A stretch of 64,000 bases of DNA from Phycisphaerae bacterium (GTDB lineage: Bacteria; Planctomycetota; Phycisphaerae; UBA1845; Fen-1342), in NCBI GenBank assembly GCA_050115495.1, contig JASFQK010000033.1:17362-81361 (forward strand). Direction: 5' to 3'. How positions within the stretch are numbered: the first letter of the stretch is position 1; each line of letters opens with the position of its first letter. A program made the position numbers and the translations under genes. The notes under the pieces are model-generated. The model ran no database searches and had not been told where the DNA came from. It saw only the letters and a program-made list of their open reading frames with translations. Shown in pieces: positions 1 through 10,890 of the stretch.

Positions 1-2442
1 GCCGATGATGCAGCCGTTCGGGCCGACGGGCGTGCCGGCGGGGGTGTTCGGGCAGTGGTCGCAAGTGTTGCCCACGCCGTCGCCGTCGTCGTCTTCCTGG
101 TTGGGGTTGTACGTCTCCGGGCAGTTGTCACAGGCGTAGCCGATGTTGTCGCTGTCACCGTCGACCTGGTCGGGGTTGTAGGTGTACGGGCAGTTGTCGG
201 CCACGTCGTTGCACAGATCGCCGTCGGCGTCGAGGAACGTGTCCGGGGCGTGGTTGTAGCGCAGGACGAGCAGGCTCATACCTGGCAGCGTCAGGTAGGC
301 GGACTGAGCGAAGCCGTCGTAGTCGTCCCCACTGGTCTGGATGCCGCCGGGATTGCCCTGGCCGCTGCCCTCGTAGCCGGCGGACTGGCTGCTGATGAGC
401 TCGTACCACGTGCCCTCGTTGGGCATGCCGATCTGATAGTTGTAGAACGTGTTGTTGTTGAAGTTGGCGACGAGGACGATGACGTTGCCGCTCGTGTCCC
501 AGCGCTGCATGGCGAGGACGTTGTCGCCGTCGTTGACGTGGTAGACGTGGTAGACCTGGTAGCCGGCGTTGGCTCGCAGGGCGCCGTTGCTCTTGCGCAC
601 GGCGATGGCGTCGCGGTAGTAGCGGAAGATGCCGGCGTGGGCGGTTTTCATCTCCCAGTTGATGCGGTTCTCGGGGTCGTTGTCCCAGTCGCCGGCGCCG
701 AAGTCGGTGTCTTCGAGCCACTCGGTGCCCATGAGAATGGCGGGGATGCCGGGCGTGAAGAGCACGAGGCCCTCACCGAGCTTGGTGCGACCCTTGGCGT
801 AGACGCTGTCGTGCGGCCACGTCGGATCGATCGTGCGGACGAGGCGCTGGCCGCCGCTGTCGGGCCAGGCTTCATCGTGCAACTCGATGTAGTTGATGCG
901 CTGGCTCGGCGCCAGGTTGGTATCGGTGGCGTAGATGGCGTTGCGGACGGCCCACATGTTCGGATCGCCGCTGGCGGCGTCGAGGATGGCCCCGCGCAGC
1001 GCATCGCGGAACTGCATGTGATACTGGGCGTCGAAGCCCGCCCCGCCCGAACCCGTGTTGTACGTCACCCACGGGTCGGTGGGCAACTGCTCGGCGATGG
1101 CGATCTTGTCGGCAAACCGCCGGTTGATCCAGTCATTCGCCTGCTGCATGATCAGCCAGCCGTTGGCCTCCTGGTACGCGTTCATGAAGTCGGTACCGTC
1201 GAAGCGGAAGCCGTCGGCTCGGTACTCCTCGAGCCAGTAGAGCATGCTGTCGACGAGGTACTCGCGCACCTCGCTACGGTCGAAGTCCATCTGCGGACCC
1301 CACCAGGTCTGCACGGGGGTGCTGTCGTAGTAGCACTGTGAGCCGACGAAGTCCCAGAGGAAATCGTCGGACGTGGCGTTGTGGTTCCAGACGACGTCGA
1401 AGATGGCGCCGATGCCCGCCTGGTGCAGGGCGTCGACCATCATCTTGACCTCGTGCGGATGGCCGTACGCCGACTCGACCGCCCACTGCGAGACGGGGTT
1501 GTAGCCGGCGGACCAGTCCCAGGGGAACTCGGTGATGGGGCAGAACTGCACGGCGGTGACGCCGAGCTCCTGGAGGTACGCCACGCGGTCCATCACATCC
1601 CAATAGCGCGACGGATTCCACGTCGAGCCGAAGGGATCGTTGCGGCCGGCGAACGTGCCGACGTGCAACTGGTAGATGATCATGTCCTCGAAGGCGGGCG
1701 TCTCGTAGTCGTTACTGACCCAGTCATACGCGAAGGGATCGACGCAGACGGCGTTGTAGTTGTTGCCGGGGTGGAGGGCGCGGGCCCGCGGGTCCGGCCG
1801 GTACATGCTGCCGTTGAAGACGTACTTGTAGTTGGCCTGGGGATCGTCGCGGGTGCCGGACTGCGCGGCGGGGACGTGGGCGACGAAGTAGCTGCCGAGG
1901 TGGGTCATCGTCGTGCCCGTGGACCAGCCGTTCCACCCGCCTTTGACCTGGGCCGAGCTGATCGTCGGTGCCCAGACCTTGAAGACGGCGCCGCCGTCGG
2001 ACGTGGGCGTCGCGCCGAGCGGGGCGTGGCCGAGCTGGCTGAAGTTGATCTCGTAGCCGGCGGCCGGCGGGTTATCCGACATGCCGTCGGGTCCCCAGTA
2101 GTCGGTGTCCGTGCCGTCGGTGAGCTCGATGTAGTAATAGACAGTAGGAGTCGTGGTCTCGGGAACCTGTGCCGTCCAGACGGCGTACGGTCCGCGGTCA
2201 TGGCTGTAGATGGCGTCGATCCACATGGTCGTGTCGGCGTCGACGCGCACGCGGGCCGACGTAATGTCGTACCGGTACACCTGGAAGCAGATCTCGAAGG
2301 GCTCGTTGTCGATCGGGCACAGCGGCCGGAGGTCCTGCCATTGAACGTGCGATACGCCGTTCCATTCGATGTTGTTATCGGCCGAAGCAGCCGAGGCCAG
2401 CGGAACCACCAGCAAGACCAGAATTGCCAGACTCAGACGCAT
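1..2442 (-). CDS. Secreted GH13 alpha-glucan enzyme (CBM34-like N-domain + CBM48-like + branching-enzyme/TreZ-like catalytic domain + thrombospondin type-3 repeats); 3' end runs off the window
   Basis: Absent from the ORF track because it has no stop in the window. Manual translation from ATG 2442 (RBS AAGGAG) gives signal [21 protein letters not shown], then DNNIEWNG (resembles domain N of Thermoactinomyces TVA I) and [20 protein letters not shown]13 motifs: [31 protein letters not shown]. The C-terminal part has [27 protein letters not shown] repeats. Confidence 0.88.
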   Translation of the reverse strand, partial: MRLSLAILVLLVVPLASAASADNNIEWNGVSHVQWQDLRPLCPIDNEPFEICFQVYRYDITSARVRVDADTTMWIDAIYSHDRGPYAVWTAQVPETTTPTVYYYIELTDGTDTDYWGPDGMSDNPPAAGYEINFSQLGHAPLGATPTSDGGAVFKVWAPTISSAQVKGGWNGWSTGTTMTHLGSYFVAHVPAAQSGTRDDPQANYKYVFNGSMYRPDPRARALHPGNNYNAVCVDPFAYDWVSNDYETPAFEDMIIYQLHVGTFAGRNDPFGSTWNPSRYWDVMDRVAYLQELGVTAVQFCPITEFPWDWSAGYNPVSQWAVESAYGHPHEVKMMVDALHQAGIGAIFDVVWNHNATSDDFLWDFVGSQCYYDSTPVQTWWGPQMDFDRSEVREYLVDSMLYWLEEYRADGFRFDGTDFMNAYQEANGWLIMQQANDWINRRFADKIAIAEQLPTDPWVTYNTGSGGAGFDAQYHMQFRDALRGAILDAASGDPNMWAVRNAIYATDTNLAPSQRINYIELHDEAWPDSGGQRLVRTIDPTWPHDSVYAKGRTKLGEGLVLFTPGIPAILMGTEWLEDTDFGAGDWDNDPENRINWEMKTAHAGIFRYYRDAIAVRKSNGALRANAGYQVYHVYHVNDGDNVLAMQRWDTSGNVIVLVANFNNNTFYNYQIGMPNEGTWYELISSQSAGYEGSGQGNPGGIQTSGDDYDGFAQSAYLTLPGMSLLVLRYNHAPDTFLDADGDLCNDVADNCPYTYNPDQVDGDSDNIGYACDNCPETYNPNQEDDDGDGVGNTCDHCPNTPAGTPVGPNGCIIG

Positions 2443-2716
2443 ACCAGAGCTCCTTCAGCAGACGCCGGTGTAATCGGGTGATTTCGCGACAGCGCAGCCG
2501 CCGCGGTCGAAGCCATGCCAGCGCTCGCGCAATCGATGCACCCATTATAGCCGTCGCCATGGCGGCGGCGAAGCCCATGTTGGTCGAAACACGCCGGCGC
2601 GTGCGCCGCTGGCGGCGTGTGGCGCGCACGGATTGGTTTTCACCGGGGCAACCGCTATGCTGCCGGTAGTCGGCAACGTGCCGATGATCGTGTGCGGCGG
2701 GGAGAGGCAAAGCGCT

Positions 2717-5700
2717 ATGCGACGTTGGTTGGCGGTTGGATTGTCCCTGGTGACGGCGGCGTGGGCGGTGCCCGCCGGCCGCGCGGAGAACGTGCATTTC
2801 ACCTATCTCTGGCACATGGAGCAGCCGATCTACTGGCCCGATCGGCAGGTCTCCGGCGCCGACCGCTACGAACGCGCCTGGCAGTCGATCCTGCGCACCG
2901 ACGGCGGGGCGGCGCATCCGGCGAACAACCTGCGAGAAATCTTCGGCAAAGACGACCGCGTCGCCGCGTATCAATACCGCGTTCGCGATTGCATCAACGC
3001 CATTCATTGGTCGAGCGAGGCTGGGGCGCAGGTCAGCTATTCCGGCGGGTTGATCGAGAATATCGCGAGTCTCGGCGACGTGTCGCAATTGGGCTACTCG
3101 CCGACGTGGTATGGCGGATATCGCGAAGCCCGCAACTGGCTGACGACCGGCGGCCAGACGCGGCTGGATATTGTGGTGTTCCCTTTTCACCACCCGCTTC
3201 TGCCGCTGTGCGACGAGAGCACGGTGCGCAAGGAGATTCAGCTCTACCAGCAGGTGTACGCCGACGCCTGGGGAGCGAGCCCAACGCGAAGCCGCGGGCT
3301 GTTCCCGCCGGAGATGGCGTTTTCCGAACGTCCGATAAAGGTGCTTGCCGAGGAGGGGCTCGATTGGGTGGTCGTGTCGAACGAGCACATCTCGCGGGCG
3401 TGCGAGAACTTCCCGGTGATGCTGGGCACGGGCGGGGTCAACTGCGATCCGCCGAACGCGGCCGATCAGCTCAACCCGCCGCAGAGCGACTGGTTGCGGA
3501 TTCAGATTGATCGGGGCTGCTCGCCGGCGAATGCGTATCCGCTGGCGTACACGCCGCACTACGCTCGGTACGTCGATCCGGACACGGGAGATGAGTATCG
3601 GGTCGTGGTCGTGCCGGCGGCGCAGGCGCTCGGTTGGCAGGATGGGTATGCGCCGCTCGGGCTGACGCACTTCGGTACGTTGGCGACGCAGAATCCGGCG
3701 AGCCGGCCGCAACTCGTGCTGCTGGCGCACGACGGCGACAACGCGTGGGGCGGCGGCTACAGCTATTATCTGGAGGCGGTGCCGAACTTCGTGAGCAGTG
3801 CATCGGGAGCGGGCTACGTGGCCACGACGATCGAGCAATACCTCGCCAATCACCCCGTGCCGGCGGGCGACGTCGTGCACGTCGAGGATGGGGCGTGGGT
3901 GAATGCCGACGGCGATTTCGGCTCGCCCGTCTTCCTCAACTGGAACTGGCCGCTCGTCAATTCGTCGGGGCAGATCGACATCGCCGGCGGCTGGGCCGAG
4001 GACGAGCGCAATTGGGCGGTGATCACCGCAGCGCAGAACCACGTGGATACGGCGGAGCAGATCGCCGGCGGCGTGAACGTGGCGAAGATCCTGTATCCCG
4101 ATGCGAGCACGACGAACGCCGAGCGGGCGTGGCATTACTTCCTCGCCGGCCTCAACAGCGGGTTCATGTATTACGGCACGGCGCTCGACCACGAGGTGAA
4201 GGCGACGATCGCCTGCAACCTGGCGGTGAGCTACGCGGACGCGGTCATCGGCGACGGGTCGGCGGATGAGACGCCGCCGACGGTCTGGCTGCCGCAGCGG
4301 CATCCGTGGAACCCGGGATCGCTCAACTTCGGGCCGCAGTACGGCTATCAGCAGTACCAGGACGACGGCGACTTCTGGGTGTGGACGTTCGTGCACGATG
4401 TGTCCGGGCTGACGTCGGTCACGCTGTTGTACCGGCTGGACGATGACGGCGCGATCGGCGACGCGAACCAGACGTACGCCGGCGGCGCTGGCGTCGGCAC
4501 GTGGCAGGCGCTGCCGATGACGCAGCGCAGCTTCCCCACGGGTAACTTCTTCAACGACCCGAACATCGACTTCTTCGTCCTGCCGACGTACATCGCCGAC
4601 GAGTACTACGTCGAGGTCACCGGCGTGCGCGAGGCGCTGGTCGACTACTACGTCGAGGCCGAGGACGGCCGCGGGAACGTCCGTCGCAGCCCGCTTCAGC
4701 ACGTCTGGGTGGGCGACGGCAGCGGCGGCGGTGGCGGCGACACGGTCATCATCGATCCCGATCCGCCACAAGCGGGCAGTCCGGTGACGATCCAGTACGA
4801 CGCGACAGGCCGGCCGCTCGCCGGTGCCGCCCAGGTCTACCTGCATTACGGCTTCAACGGCTGGAACCCGGTGATGTCGCCGGACCCGCTGATGAGTTGG
4901 TCAGAGGCGGCGCAGGCGTGGGTCGTGACGGTCAGCGTGGCGAGCACGGCGACGCAGCTCGACTTCGTCTTCCACGACGGGAACAACAACTGGGAAAACA
5001 ACAATGGTGCCGACTGGCACTTCGCGGTCACGGGTGGCGGTCCGGGCGACGAGTGGGTCATGGACGGCCAGCTCGACGCCGACGCGGTGCTCGTCGCCGA
5101 GAACTACGGGTTGGAACTCTACGCGGGCGTGAAGGGAACGCAGCTCTATGTGGCCGCGCCCGACGCCGGCGAGGGCAACGACCACTTCATCTTCGTGGCC
5201 GACGATCCGGGCGGGCTGGTGGCGGCGCCGTGGGCGAAGAGCGGGCAGGTGGCCGCGTGGAGCGCATACCTCGCGGATGAGAACGACAACGACTATTGCG
5301 GCTGGTTCGACCTGGCGGGTGGGGCCTTCGGCGAGGCGGCGACGGGTCCGAACGGCGGCTGGCTTGAAGGGACATTCGATCTGACCGGCGAGTTCGGCAA
5401 CGCGCCGCAGGTGATCTATCTCGCGTTCGCCCCATATGCTACGGCGGATGGCAGCGGCCTCGTGCCCGTGGCCCAGGTGCCAGCATCGGTCAATGATGAC
5501 GGGAATGTCGACGCCGCCGAGTACGCAGTATTCACGCTTGGTCTGCCCGGCGACGTCAATTGCGACGGCGTGGTGAACAACTTCGATATCAGCCCGTTCG
5601 TGCTGGCCCTGACGGACGCGGCCGGCTACGCGGCGGCGTATCCGGATTGCGACCGCGGCCGCGCCGACTGCAACGGCGACGGGCAGGTGAACAACTTCGA

Positions 5701-5737
5701 TATCAGCGCGTTTGTGACGCTGCTCACCGGCCGGTAG
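2717..5737 (+). CDS. Secreted GH57/GH119-like alpha-glucan hydrolase + starch-binding module (CBM25/53-like) + C-terminal dockerin-like domain
   Basis: Signal MRRWLAVGLSLVTAAWAVPAGRA; motifs WHMEQP, FPPEMAF, AHDGDNAW; module LHYGFNGW...LDFVFHDGNNNWENNNGADWHF; tail GDVNCDGVVNNFDISPFV...ADCNGDGQVNNFDISAFV. Confidence 0.8.
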   Translation: MRRWLAVGLSLVTAAWAVPAGRAENVHFTYLWHMEQPIYWPDRQVSGADRYERAWQSILRTDGGAAHPANNLREIFGKDDRVAAYQYRVRDCINAIHWSSEAGAQVSYSGGLIENIASLGDVSQLGYSPTWYGGYREARNWLTTGGQTRLDIVVFPFHHPLLPLCDESTVRKEIQLYQQVYADAWGASPTRSRGLFPPEMAFSERPIKVLAEEGLDWVVVSNEHISRACENFPVMLGTGGVNCDPPNAADQLNPPQSDWLRIQIDRGCSPANAYPLAYTPHYARYVDPDTGDEYRVVVVPAAQALGWQDGYAPLGLTHFGTLATQNPASRPQLVLLAHDGDNAWGGGYSYYLEAVPNFVSSASGAGYVATTIEQYLANHPVPAGDVVHVEDGAWVNADGDFGSPVFLNWNWPLVNSSGQIDIAGGWAEDERNWAVITAAQNHVDTAEQIAGGVNVAKILYPDASTTNAERAWHYFLAGLNSGFMYYGTALDHEVKATIACNLAVSYADAVIGDGSADETPPTVWLPQRHPWNPGSLNFGPQYGYQQYQDDGDFWVWTFVHDVSGLTSVTLLYRLDDDGAIGDANQTYAGGAGVGTWQALPMTQRSFPTGNFFNDPNIDFFVLPTYIADEYYVEVTGVREALVDYYVEAEDGRGNVRRSPLQHVWVGDGSGGGGGDTVIIDPDPPQAGSPVTIQYDATGRPLAGAAQVYLHYGFNGWNPVMSPDPLMSWSEAAQAWVVTVSVASTATQLDFVFHDGNNNWENNNGADWHFAVTGGGPGDEWVMDGQLDADAVLVAENYGLELYAGVKGTQLYVAAPDAGEGNDHFIFVADDPGGLVAAPWAKSGQVAAWSAYLADENDNDYCGWFDLAGGAFGEAATGPNGGWLEGTFDLTGEFGNAPQVIYLAFAPYATADGSGLVPVAQVPASVNDDGNVDAAEYAVFTLGLPGDVNCDGVVNNFDISPFVLALTDAAGYAAAYPDCDRGRADCNGDGQVNNFDISAFVTLLTGR

Positions 5738-5766
5738 TCGCCGGCGAGCCTGACAGGGAGTTGCCG

Positions 5767-8322
5767 ATGTTCGTGTGGCGCAGCATTGTAGTACTCGCTG
5801 CGGTACTGGCGGTCTGGTCCGGTTCGGACGCGACGGCGCAGCAGCCGCGGCCGGGGGCTGACGAAGTCTTCTATCACTTCATGCCCATCGCTTGGCGCGA
5901 CAGCGACAATGACGCCTACCGCTTCGGCGACTTCGACGGCATGACCGCCTCGCTCGATTACCTCGAACAGCTCGGCGTGACCGCGGTCTGGATGAACCCG
6001 ATCTTCCCGTCGGTGGCCTATCACGGCTATCAGCACAACGCCGCCGACGAGGTAAACGCGTGGTTCGGCAACGAGGCGCAGTTCCTGGGCTTCGTCAGCG
6101 CCGCCCACGCTCGCGGCATCAAGGTCTTCGTCGACTTCGTGGCGTACGGCATTAGCCGGGACAATCCTTGGTTCGCCGATGCGTACGGCAATCCGCAGAG
6201 CCCGTACGACGACTGGTTCGCCTTTACGAACGATGGCAACACCAATTACCTCGGCTCAACGTTCACGACGTGGAACGGCGACACGGTGCGCTTCATTCAC
6301 TGGAACCTGAACAACGCCGGGCCGGTCGCCCTCGTCACCGCCTGGGCACAGCACTGGCTCGATCCGAACGGCGACGGCGACCCGAGCGACGGTATCGACG
6401 GCTATCGGCTCGACCACGTCTGGGAATACTACAACAGCGGGCCGAACGGCTGGGGCTACAACATCGATGACTTCTGGGTGCCGTGGAAGCAGGCGCTGCA
6501 AACGGTGAATCCCGACGTGTTCACCTTCGCCGAGCAGGCGGACTGGGGTAGCTACGGCGTGGAGCTGCTGCCGGCGCACGATGCGGCGATGAGCAAGCCG
6601 TTCGAGTTTGCGGCCCGCGATGCGCTTGCGTCCGGGTCGGCCGCGCAGTTGTACAGCCAGATGGCGGCCACGGTCGCGGCCCTGCCGGCGACGGGCAACT
6701 TCGTGGGAATCATCGGCGACCATGACGTGGACCGGCTCACGTCCGTGCTCGGCGGCGATCTGGCGAAGGCCCACACCGCCGCCGCCATCCTGCTCACGCA
6801 GCCGTTCCCGCCGATCATCTACTACGGCGACGAGATCGGCATGCTCGGCGTGAAGAACGGCGGGTACACGGGCGACGCCGCGGACATTCCGATGCGCGAA
6901 CCGTTCAAGTGGAACGCGGTCGCCGGACCGCCGATGAGCAACTACTTCGTGCTCAACGGGCCGGCGTACGCGGGGCGGTATGAACAGAACCACGACGGGC
7001 GCAGCGTCGAGGAGCAGCTCGGCGTGCCGGGCTCGCTGCTGGAGACGTATCGCACGCTGATCGCCGCCCGCAAGGACAACATCGCCCTGCGCCGCGGCAC
7101 GTATCACGCGGTGCTGGTCAACAACACGGCCGTGTGGGCGTTCGTCCGTTACCACGCCGACCAGCAGGTGCTCGTGGCCATCAACCTCTCCGGTAGCGCC
7201 GTCACGCCGGCGCTGGATCTCAGCGACTTCGAGATTCCCGGCGGTACGACGACGCCGGTGGATGTGCTCAGTGGCGAGACACTCACGCCGATCACGAGTG
7301 TCAATCAGAACGCGTGGTCGCTGGCGATCCCGGCGCGAGGCTATCGCATTCTGGAGCTGGCCATCGCCCCGCCGCCGGAACCTGAGCCCGACGTGGATGG
7401 CCGTGACATACCGGCGGATCTCGGCGCTGCGGCGCACGTGGCCACGCAGGACAACGCCACCGGCCTCGGCGACAACGTGAACGAGCTGGACGAACTCTAC
7501 GTGCGGCCGCACGAGGGCACGCTGCGCATCGGTCTGACCGGTAACCTCGGCACCGACGGTACGGGCCTCTCGCTATTCCTCGACACGCGGGCCGGCGGGC
7601 AGAACGTGCTCGATCTGAGCGACGTGTCGTCACCGCCGTACGGACCGCACGATCTCACGGGATTGCGTTTCGACGCTGGCTTCGCCCCCGATTACCTGCT
7701 GTGGGTCAACGCGTACTCGGGGCACATCTACGTGAATCAGTACGAGCTGCTCACCGGCGGCGGGACGAATGAGTCGTACGTCGGCCAGGGCACGGTTGGC
7801 GACGGTGACGGCTACCTGCTCGGTGGGTCGAACCCGCACGGCATGGAGATCGCGCTCGACAACAGCAACGTCGCCGGCGTGACCGATGCGGACGCGAGTG
7901 GCGCCGCTACGGCGGTGACCGGGTTTGAGATGATCGTGCCGTACGCGGCGGTGGGGCTCGAAGGGGATGCCGCCGGTCCGGTGGGTATTTGCGCGACCAT
8001 CGCCCAGACCAGCGGCGCGACCGGCAACCAATGGCTGCCGGGTCTCGGCGGCGGGTACGACAACCTCGGCCTGGCGCCCGATCTGACGCTTGTTCCCGGC
8101 GAGCAGTACGCGCTCGTTCCGCTGCGCCTGCTCGGCGATCTCAACTGCGATGGCGTGGTCGACAATTTCGATATCACCCCGTTCGTGCTGGCCGTGACCG
8201 ATGCGGCGGGCTATGCGGCAGCGCATCCCGACTGCGACCGCAACCTGGCCGATCTCACCGACGACGGGCTGGTCAACAACTTCGACATCGCGCCGTTCGT
8301 GCACCTGCTTCTGGGCGAATGA
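5767..8322 (+). CDS. Secreted GH13 alpha-amylase-family protein with C-terminal dockerin-like domain
   Basis: Signal peptide; GDFDGMTASLDYLEQLGVTAVWMNPIF and YHGY; catalytic motifs DGYRLDH, FAEQ, DHDVDR; YYGDEIGM; tail GDLNCDGVVDNFDITPFV. Confidence 0.9.
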   Translation: MFVWRSIVVLAAVLAVWSGSDATAQQPRPGADEVFYHFMPIAWRDSDNDAYRFGDFDGMTASLDYLEQLGVTAVWMNPIFPSVAYHGYQHNAADEVNAWFGNEAQFLGFVSAAHARGIKVFVDFVAYGISRDNPWFADAYGNPQSPYDDWFAFTNDGNTNYLGSTFTTWNGDTVRFIHWNLNNAGPVALVTAWAQHWLDPNGDGDPSDGIDGYRLDHVWEYYNSGPNGWGYNIDDFWVPWKQALQTVNPDVFTFAEQADWGSYGVELLPAHDAAMSKPFEFAARDALASGSAAQLYSQMAATVAALPATGNFVGIIGDHDVDRLTSVLGGDLAKAHTAAAILLTQPFPPIIYYGDEIGMLGVKNGGYTGDAADIPMREPFKWNAVAGPPMSNYFVLNGPAYAGRYEQNHDGRSVEEQLGVPGSLLETYRTLIAARKDNIALRRGTYHAVLVNNTAVWAFVRYHADQQVLVAINLSGSAVTPALDLSDFEIPGGTTTPVDVLSGETLTPITSVNQNAWSLAIPARGYRILELAIAPPPEPEPDVDGRDIPADLGAAAHVATQDNATGLGDNVNELDELYVRPHEGTLRIGLTGNLGTDGTGLSLFLDTRAGGQNVLDLSDVSSPPYGPHDLTGLRFDAGFAPDYLLWVNAYSGHIYVNQYELLTGGGTNESYVGQGTVGDGDGYLLGGSNPHGMEIALDNSNVAGVTDADASGAATAVTGFEMIVPYAAVGLEGDAAGPVGICATIAQTSGATGNQWLPGLGGGYDNLGLAPDLTLVPGEQYALVPLRLLGDLNCDGVVDNFDITPFVLAVTDAAGYAAAHPDCDRNLADLTDDGLVNNFDIAPFVHLLLGE

Positions 8323-8397
8323 GCGGTGGTCAACCTGCTCTGTTGCGCGTGTGATTGTGTGGCATGCCGAAGCTTTAGCGCCGGCATGTCATGGAGC

Positions 8398-9780
8398 CTA
8401 CGGCAGCGCCACGCCGCGGAGGCCTTCCGGCACGGGCTGCCCCAGCATCTTCAGGATTGTCGGCGTCACGTCGTAGATCGATGCATCCCGCCGACCGCGC
8501 GGCAGCGACGGGTGTGCCAGGATCGATAGCCCCTGCTGCGCATGGTTGGCGTCGTCCGGGCCGGTGTCGTTTTCCCGCGTGTAGACGTCCGGATTGCCAA
8601 TCGTCCCGACGCTCCGCCAGCGCAGATCGCCGAAGATGACCAGCAAGTCCGGCGGAAAGCCGTTGACGCTCTGGTAGATATCCGTCGGCCGGTAGGCGCG
8701 TGTGCCGAGCGGGCGGCCTTGCGGGTCGGGCATGGACTCCAGCTTGGCGATCAGCTCGTTGCGCAGCGCGTCGTATCGTTCGCGCGGCACGATGCCGTTC
8801 GGCTCGCGGCCCTCGACATTGATGAAGTAGCGCCCGTAGTAGCCACCCTCGCCCCACGCCTGCGTGCGCGTCCAATCGACCTCGTCGACGCGGAACGGTC
8901 GCCGCTCGGTGACCGGCTCTTTCATGACGAGCAGCCCTTCGCGGATCAGCCAGTCGTTGAAGCAGATGCCGCCGTCCAGCCGCTTCGAGCCGTGATCGGA
9001 GACGACCCACACCGCCGTCTTCGCCAGGTCCAGTTCGGTGAGTAACTCGCCGATCAGGCCATCGACGTGCACGTAGTAGTCGTGGATCACGTACTCGAAC
9101 GGGTTGCCCGGCTCGTAGCGATGATGGCCGGCGTCCATGAACCGCCAGAAGCCGTGGTGGATACGGTCGACGCCGATCTCGATCATGAAGAACAGGTCCC
9201 ACGGCCGCGTGCGCAGCAGGTGGCGGCAGACCTGGAACCGCCGGTCGGTCATCGTGAAGATCTGGTCGCGCAGCCAGGCCTTGTCGTCCGTGCGGAACTG
9301 CGGCACGTCCACCATGTACTCGCCGACGAGCTCGGCGATCTCGCGCTTCAGGGCCGGCGGATGCGTGTAGTCGCTCTTCAGGCTTGGCGTCAGGAAGCAC
9401 GTGACCATGCATCCGTTCGGCGGCCGGGCGATCGGAAACGTCTGCGGCACGCCGACGGCGATCGTCTGCCGGCCGGCGCGGCCCAGCAGGTCCCACACGC
9501 GCGGTGAACGGACATCGAGGCTCGTCGCGGTCGCCAGCCGGTCGTAGCTGTAATCGCGGCGGTTGCGGAAGCCGTAGATGCCGAGCGTGCCCGGATCGTG
9601 GCCGGTGGTCATGCACGTCCAGGCGGGCACGGTGATCGGCGGCAGGCAGCTTTCGAGGTTGCCGTACAGCCCATTCTCCATCAGGCGGCGCAGGTTGGGC
9701 AGATCGTCCCGCCAGCGGTCCAGCACCAGGCTCGGCTCGGCACAATCGAGCCCGATCACGGCGACTTTCTCAATCGACAT
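8398..9780 (-). CDS. Alkaline phosphatase superfamily protein (type I phosphodiesterase/nucleotide pyrophosphatase-like)
   Basis: VIGLDC, PPITVPAW (Thr at the nucleophile position), DRIHH, VVSDHG, DDANH, DVTPTIL. Abuts the cysA stop. Confidence 0.85.
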   Translation of the reverse strand: MSIEKVAVIGLDCAEPSLVLDRWRDDLPNLRRLMENGLYGNLESCLPPITVPAWTCMTTGHDPGTLGIYGFRNRRDYSYDRLATATSLDVRSPRVWDLLGRAGRQTIAVGVPQTFPIARPPNGCMVTCFLTPSLKSDYTHPPALKREIAELVGEYMVDVPQFRTDDKAWLRDQIFTMTDRRFQVCRHLLRTRPWDLFFMIEIGVDRIHHGFWRFMDAGHHRYEPGNPFEYVIHDYYVHVDGLIGELLTELDLAKTAVWVVSDHGSKRLDGGICFNDWLIREGLLVMKEPVTERRPFRVDEVDWTRTQAWGEGGYYGRYFINVEGREPNGIVPRERYDALRNELIAKLESMPDPQGRPLGTRAYRPTDIYQSVNGFPPDLLVIFGDLRWRSVGTIGNPDVYTRENDTGPDDANHAQQGLSILAHPSLPRGRRDASIYDVTPTILKMLGQPVPEGLRGVALP

Positions 9781-9783
9781 CAC

Positions 9784-10890
9784 TCAACCATCCTCGCCGC
9801 TTCGTGGCGGCGTTTCGGCCTCCGGCCGCTGCCCGTCGTCAAAAAAGACGCGCATGGCCTTCGGCCGCACATACACATCGCTGTCCCGGGTGACGCCGAG
9901 CTCGCGGAAACGGTCGGCGGTCATCTCGACCTGGAGCGTTTCGCCGAACTCGGTGAGCACTTCGAGCCTGACCAGCGCGCCGGCGGCGTTGATGAACTGC
10001 ACGCGCCCGCGCAGGCGCGGTCCGCTCGCGATCTGCGTCGCGATTTCGAGGTCGTGCGGGCGGACGAAGATCCGCGCCGGCCGCGAACCGGCGGGCAATT
10101 CGTCCGGACACTGAATCTCGATCGCGTCGGGTCCCGGCGTCAGGCTGTTCACCCGGCGATGAAACACGTTCACCGTGCCCAGGAAGTTCATCACGAACGC
10201 GCTGGCCGGATCGTGGAAGACCTCCTCGGGCGTGCCGACCTGTTCGATGCGTCCGCCGTTCATCACCACGACACGGTCGGCGACTTCGAGGGCTTCGTCC
10301 TGGTCGTGTGTGACGAACACGCTGGTGATGTGAATCTCTTCGTGCAGCCGCCGCAACCAGCGGCGCAGCTCCTGCCGCACCTTTGCATCCAGGGCGCCGA
10401 AGGGTTCGTCCAGCAGCAGGACCTTCGGCTCGACCGCCAGGGCGCGGGCCAGGGCGATGCGTTGCCGCTGACCGCCGGAGAGTTGCGATGGATAGCGCTT
10501 GGCAAAGCCTTCGAGCTGCACGAGCCGCAGGAGATCCATGACGCGTCGGGTGATCTCCGCCCGCGGCGGACGCATCCGTCGCGGCCGTACGCGCAATCCG
10601 AACGCCACATTCTCGAACACCGTCATGTGGCGGAACAGGGCGTAATGCTGAAAGACGAAGCCGACGCGCCGCTCGCGGACGTGCCGCGTCGTAGCGTCTT
10701 CACCCTCGAACAGCACGCTGCCCTCGTCCGGCGCTTCCAGGCCGGCGATGACGCGCAGCAGCGTCGTCTTGCCCGAGCCGGACGGACCCAGCAGTGCGAC
10801 GAGTTCGCCGGTGTTCACCCGCAGGTCCACGTCTTTCAGGGCCACGAAGTCCCCGAAGCGCTTCGTTACCTGGGCCGCCTCGATGCTCAT
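9784..10890 (-). CDS. cysA: Sulfate/thiosulfate ABC transporter ATP-binding subunit
   Basis: [44 protein letters not shown] and a C-terminal TOBE-like region; follows cysW. Confidence 0.93.
   Translation of the reverse strand: MSIEAAQVTKRFGDFVALKDVDLRVNTGELVALLGPSGSGKTTLLRVIAGLEAPDEGSVLFEGEDATTRHVRERRVGFVFQHYALFRHMTVFENVAFGLRVRPRRMRPPRAEITRRVMDLLRLVQLEGFAKRYPSQLSGGQRQRIALARALAVEPKVLLLDEPFGALDAKVRQELRRWLRRLHEEIHITSVFVTHDQDEALEVADRVVVMNGGRIEQVGTPEEVFHDPASAFVMNFLGTVNVFHRRVNSLTPGPDAIEIQCPDELPAGSRPARIFVRPHDLEIATQIASGPRLRGRVQFINAAGALVRLEVLTEFGETLQVEMTADRFRELGVTRDSDVYVRPKAMRVFFDDGQRPEAETPPRSGEDG

Noticed and set aside
55..2481. Plus-strand ORFs 55..1341 and 1381..2481
   Set aside because: Shadows of the real minus-strand GH13 gene.
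2375..4846. 823-aa minus-strand ORF; likewise 30486..32612(+), 33435..35402(-) and 51018..53720(+)
   Set aside because: Each lies opposite a gene with clear family motifs and is V/R/G-rich without recognisable domains.
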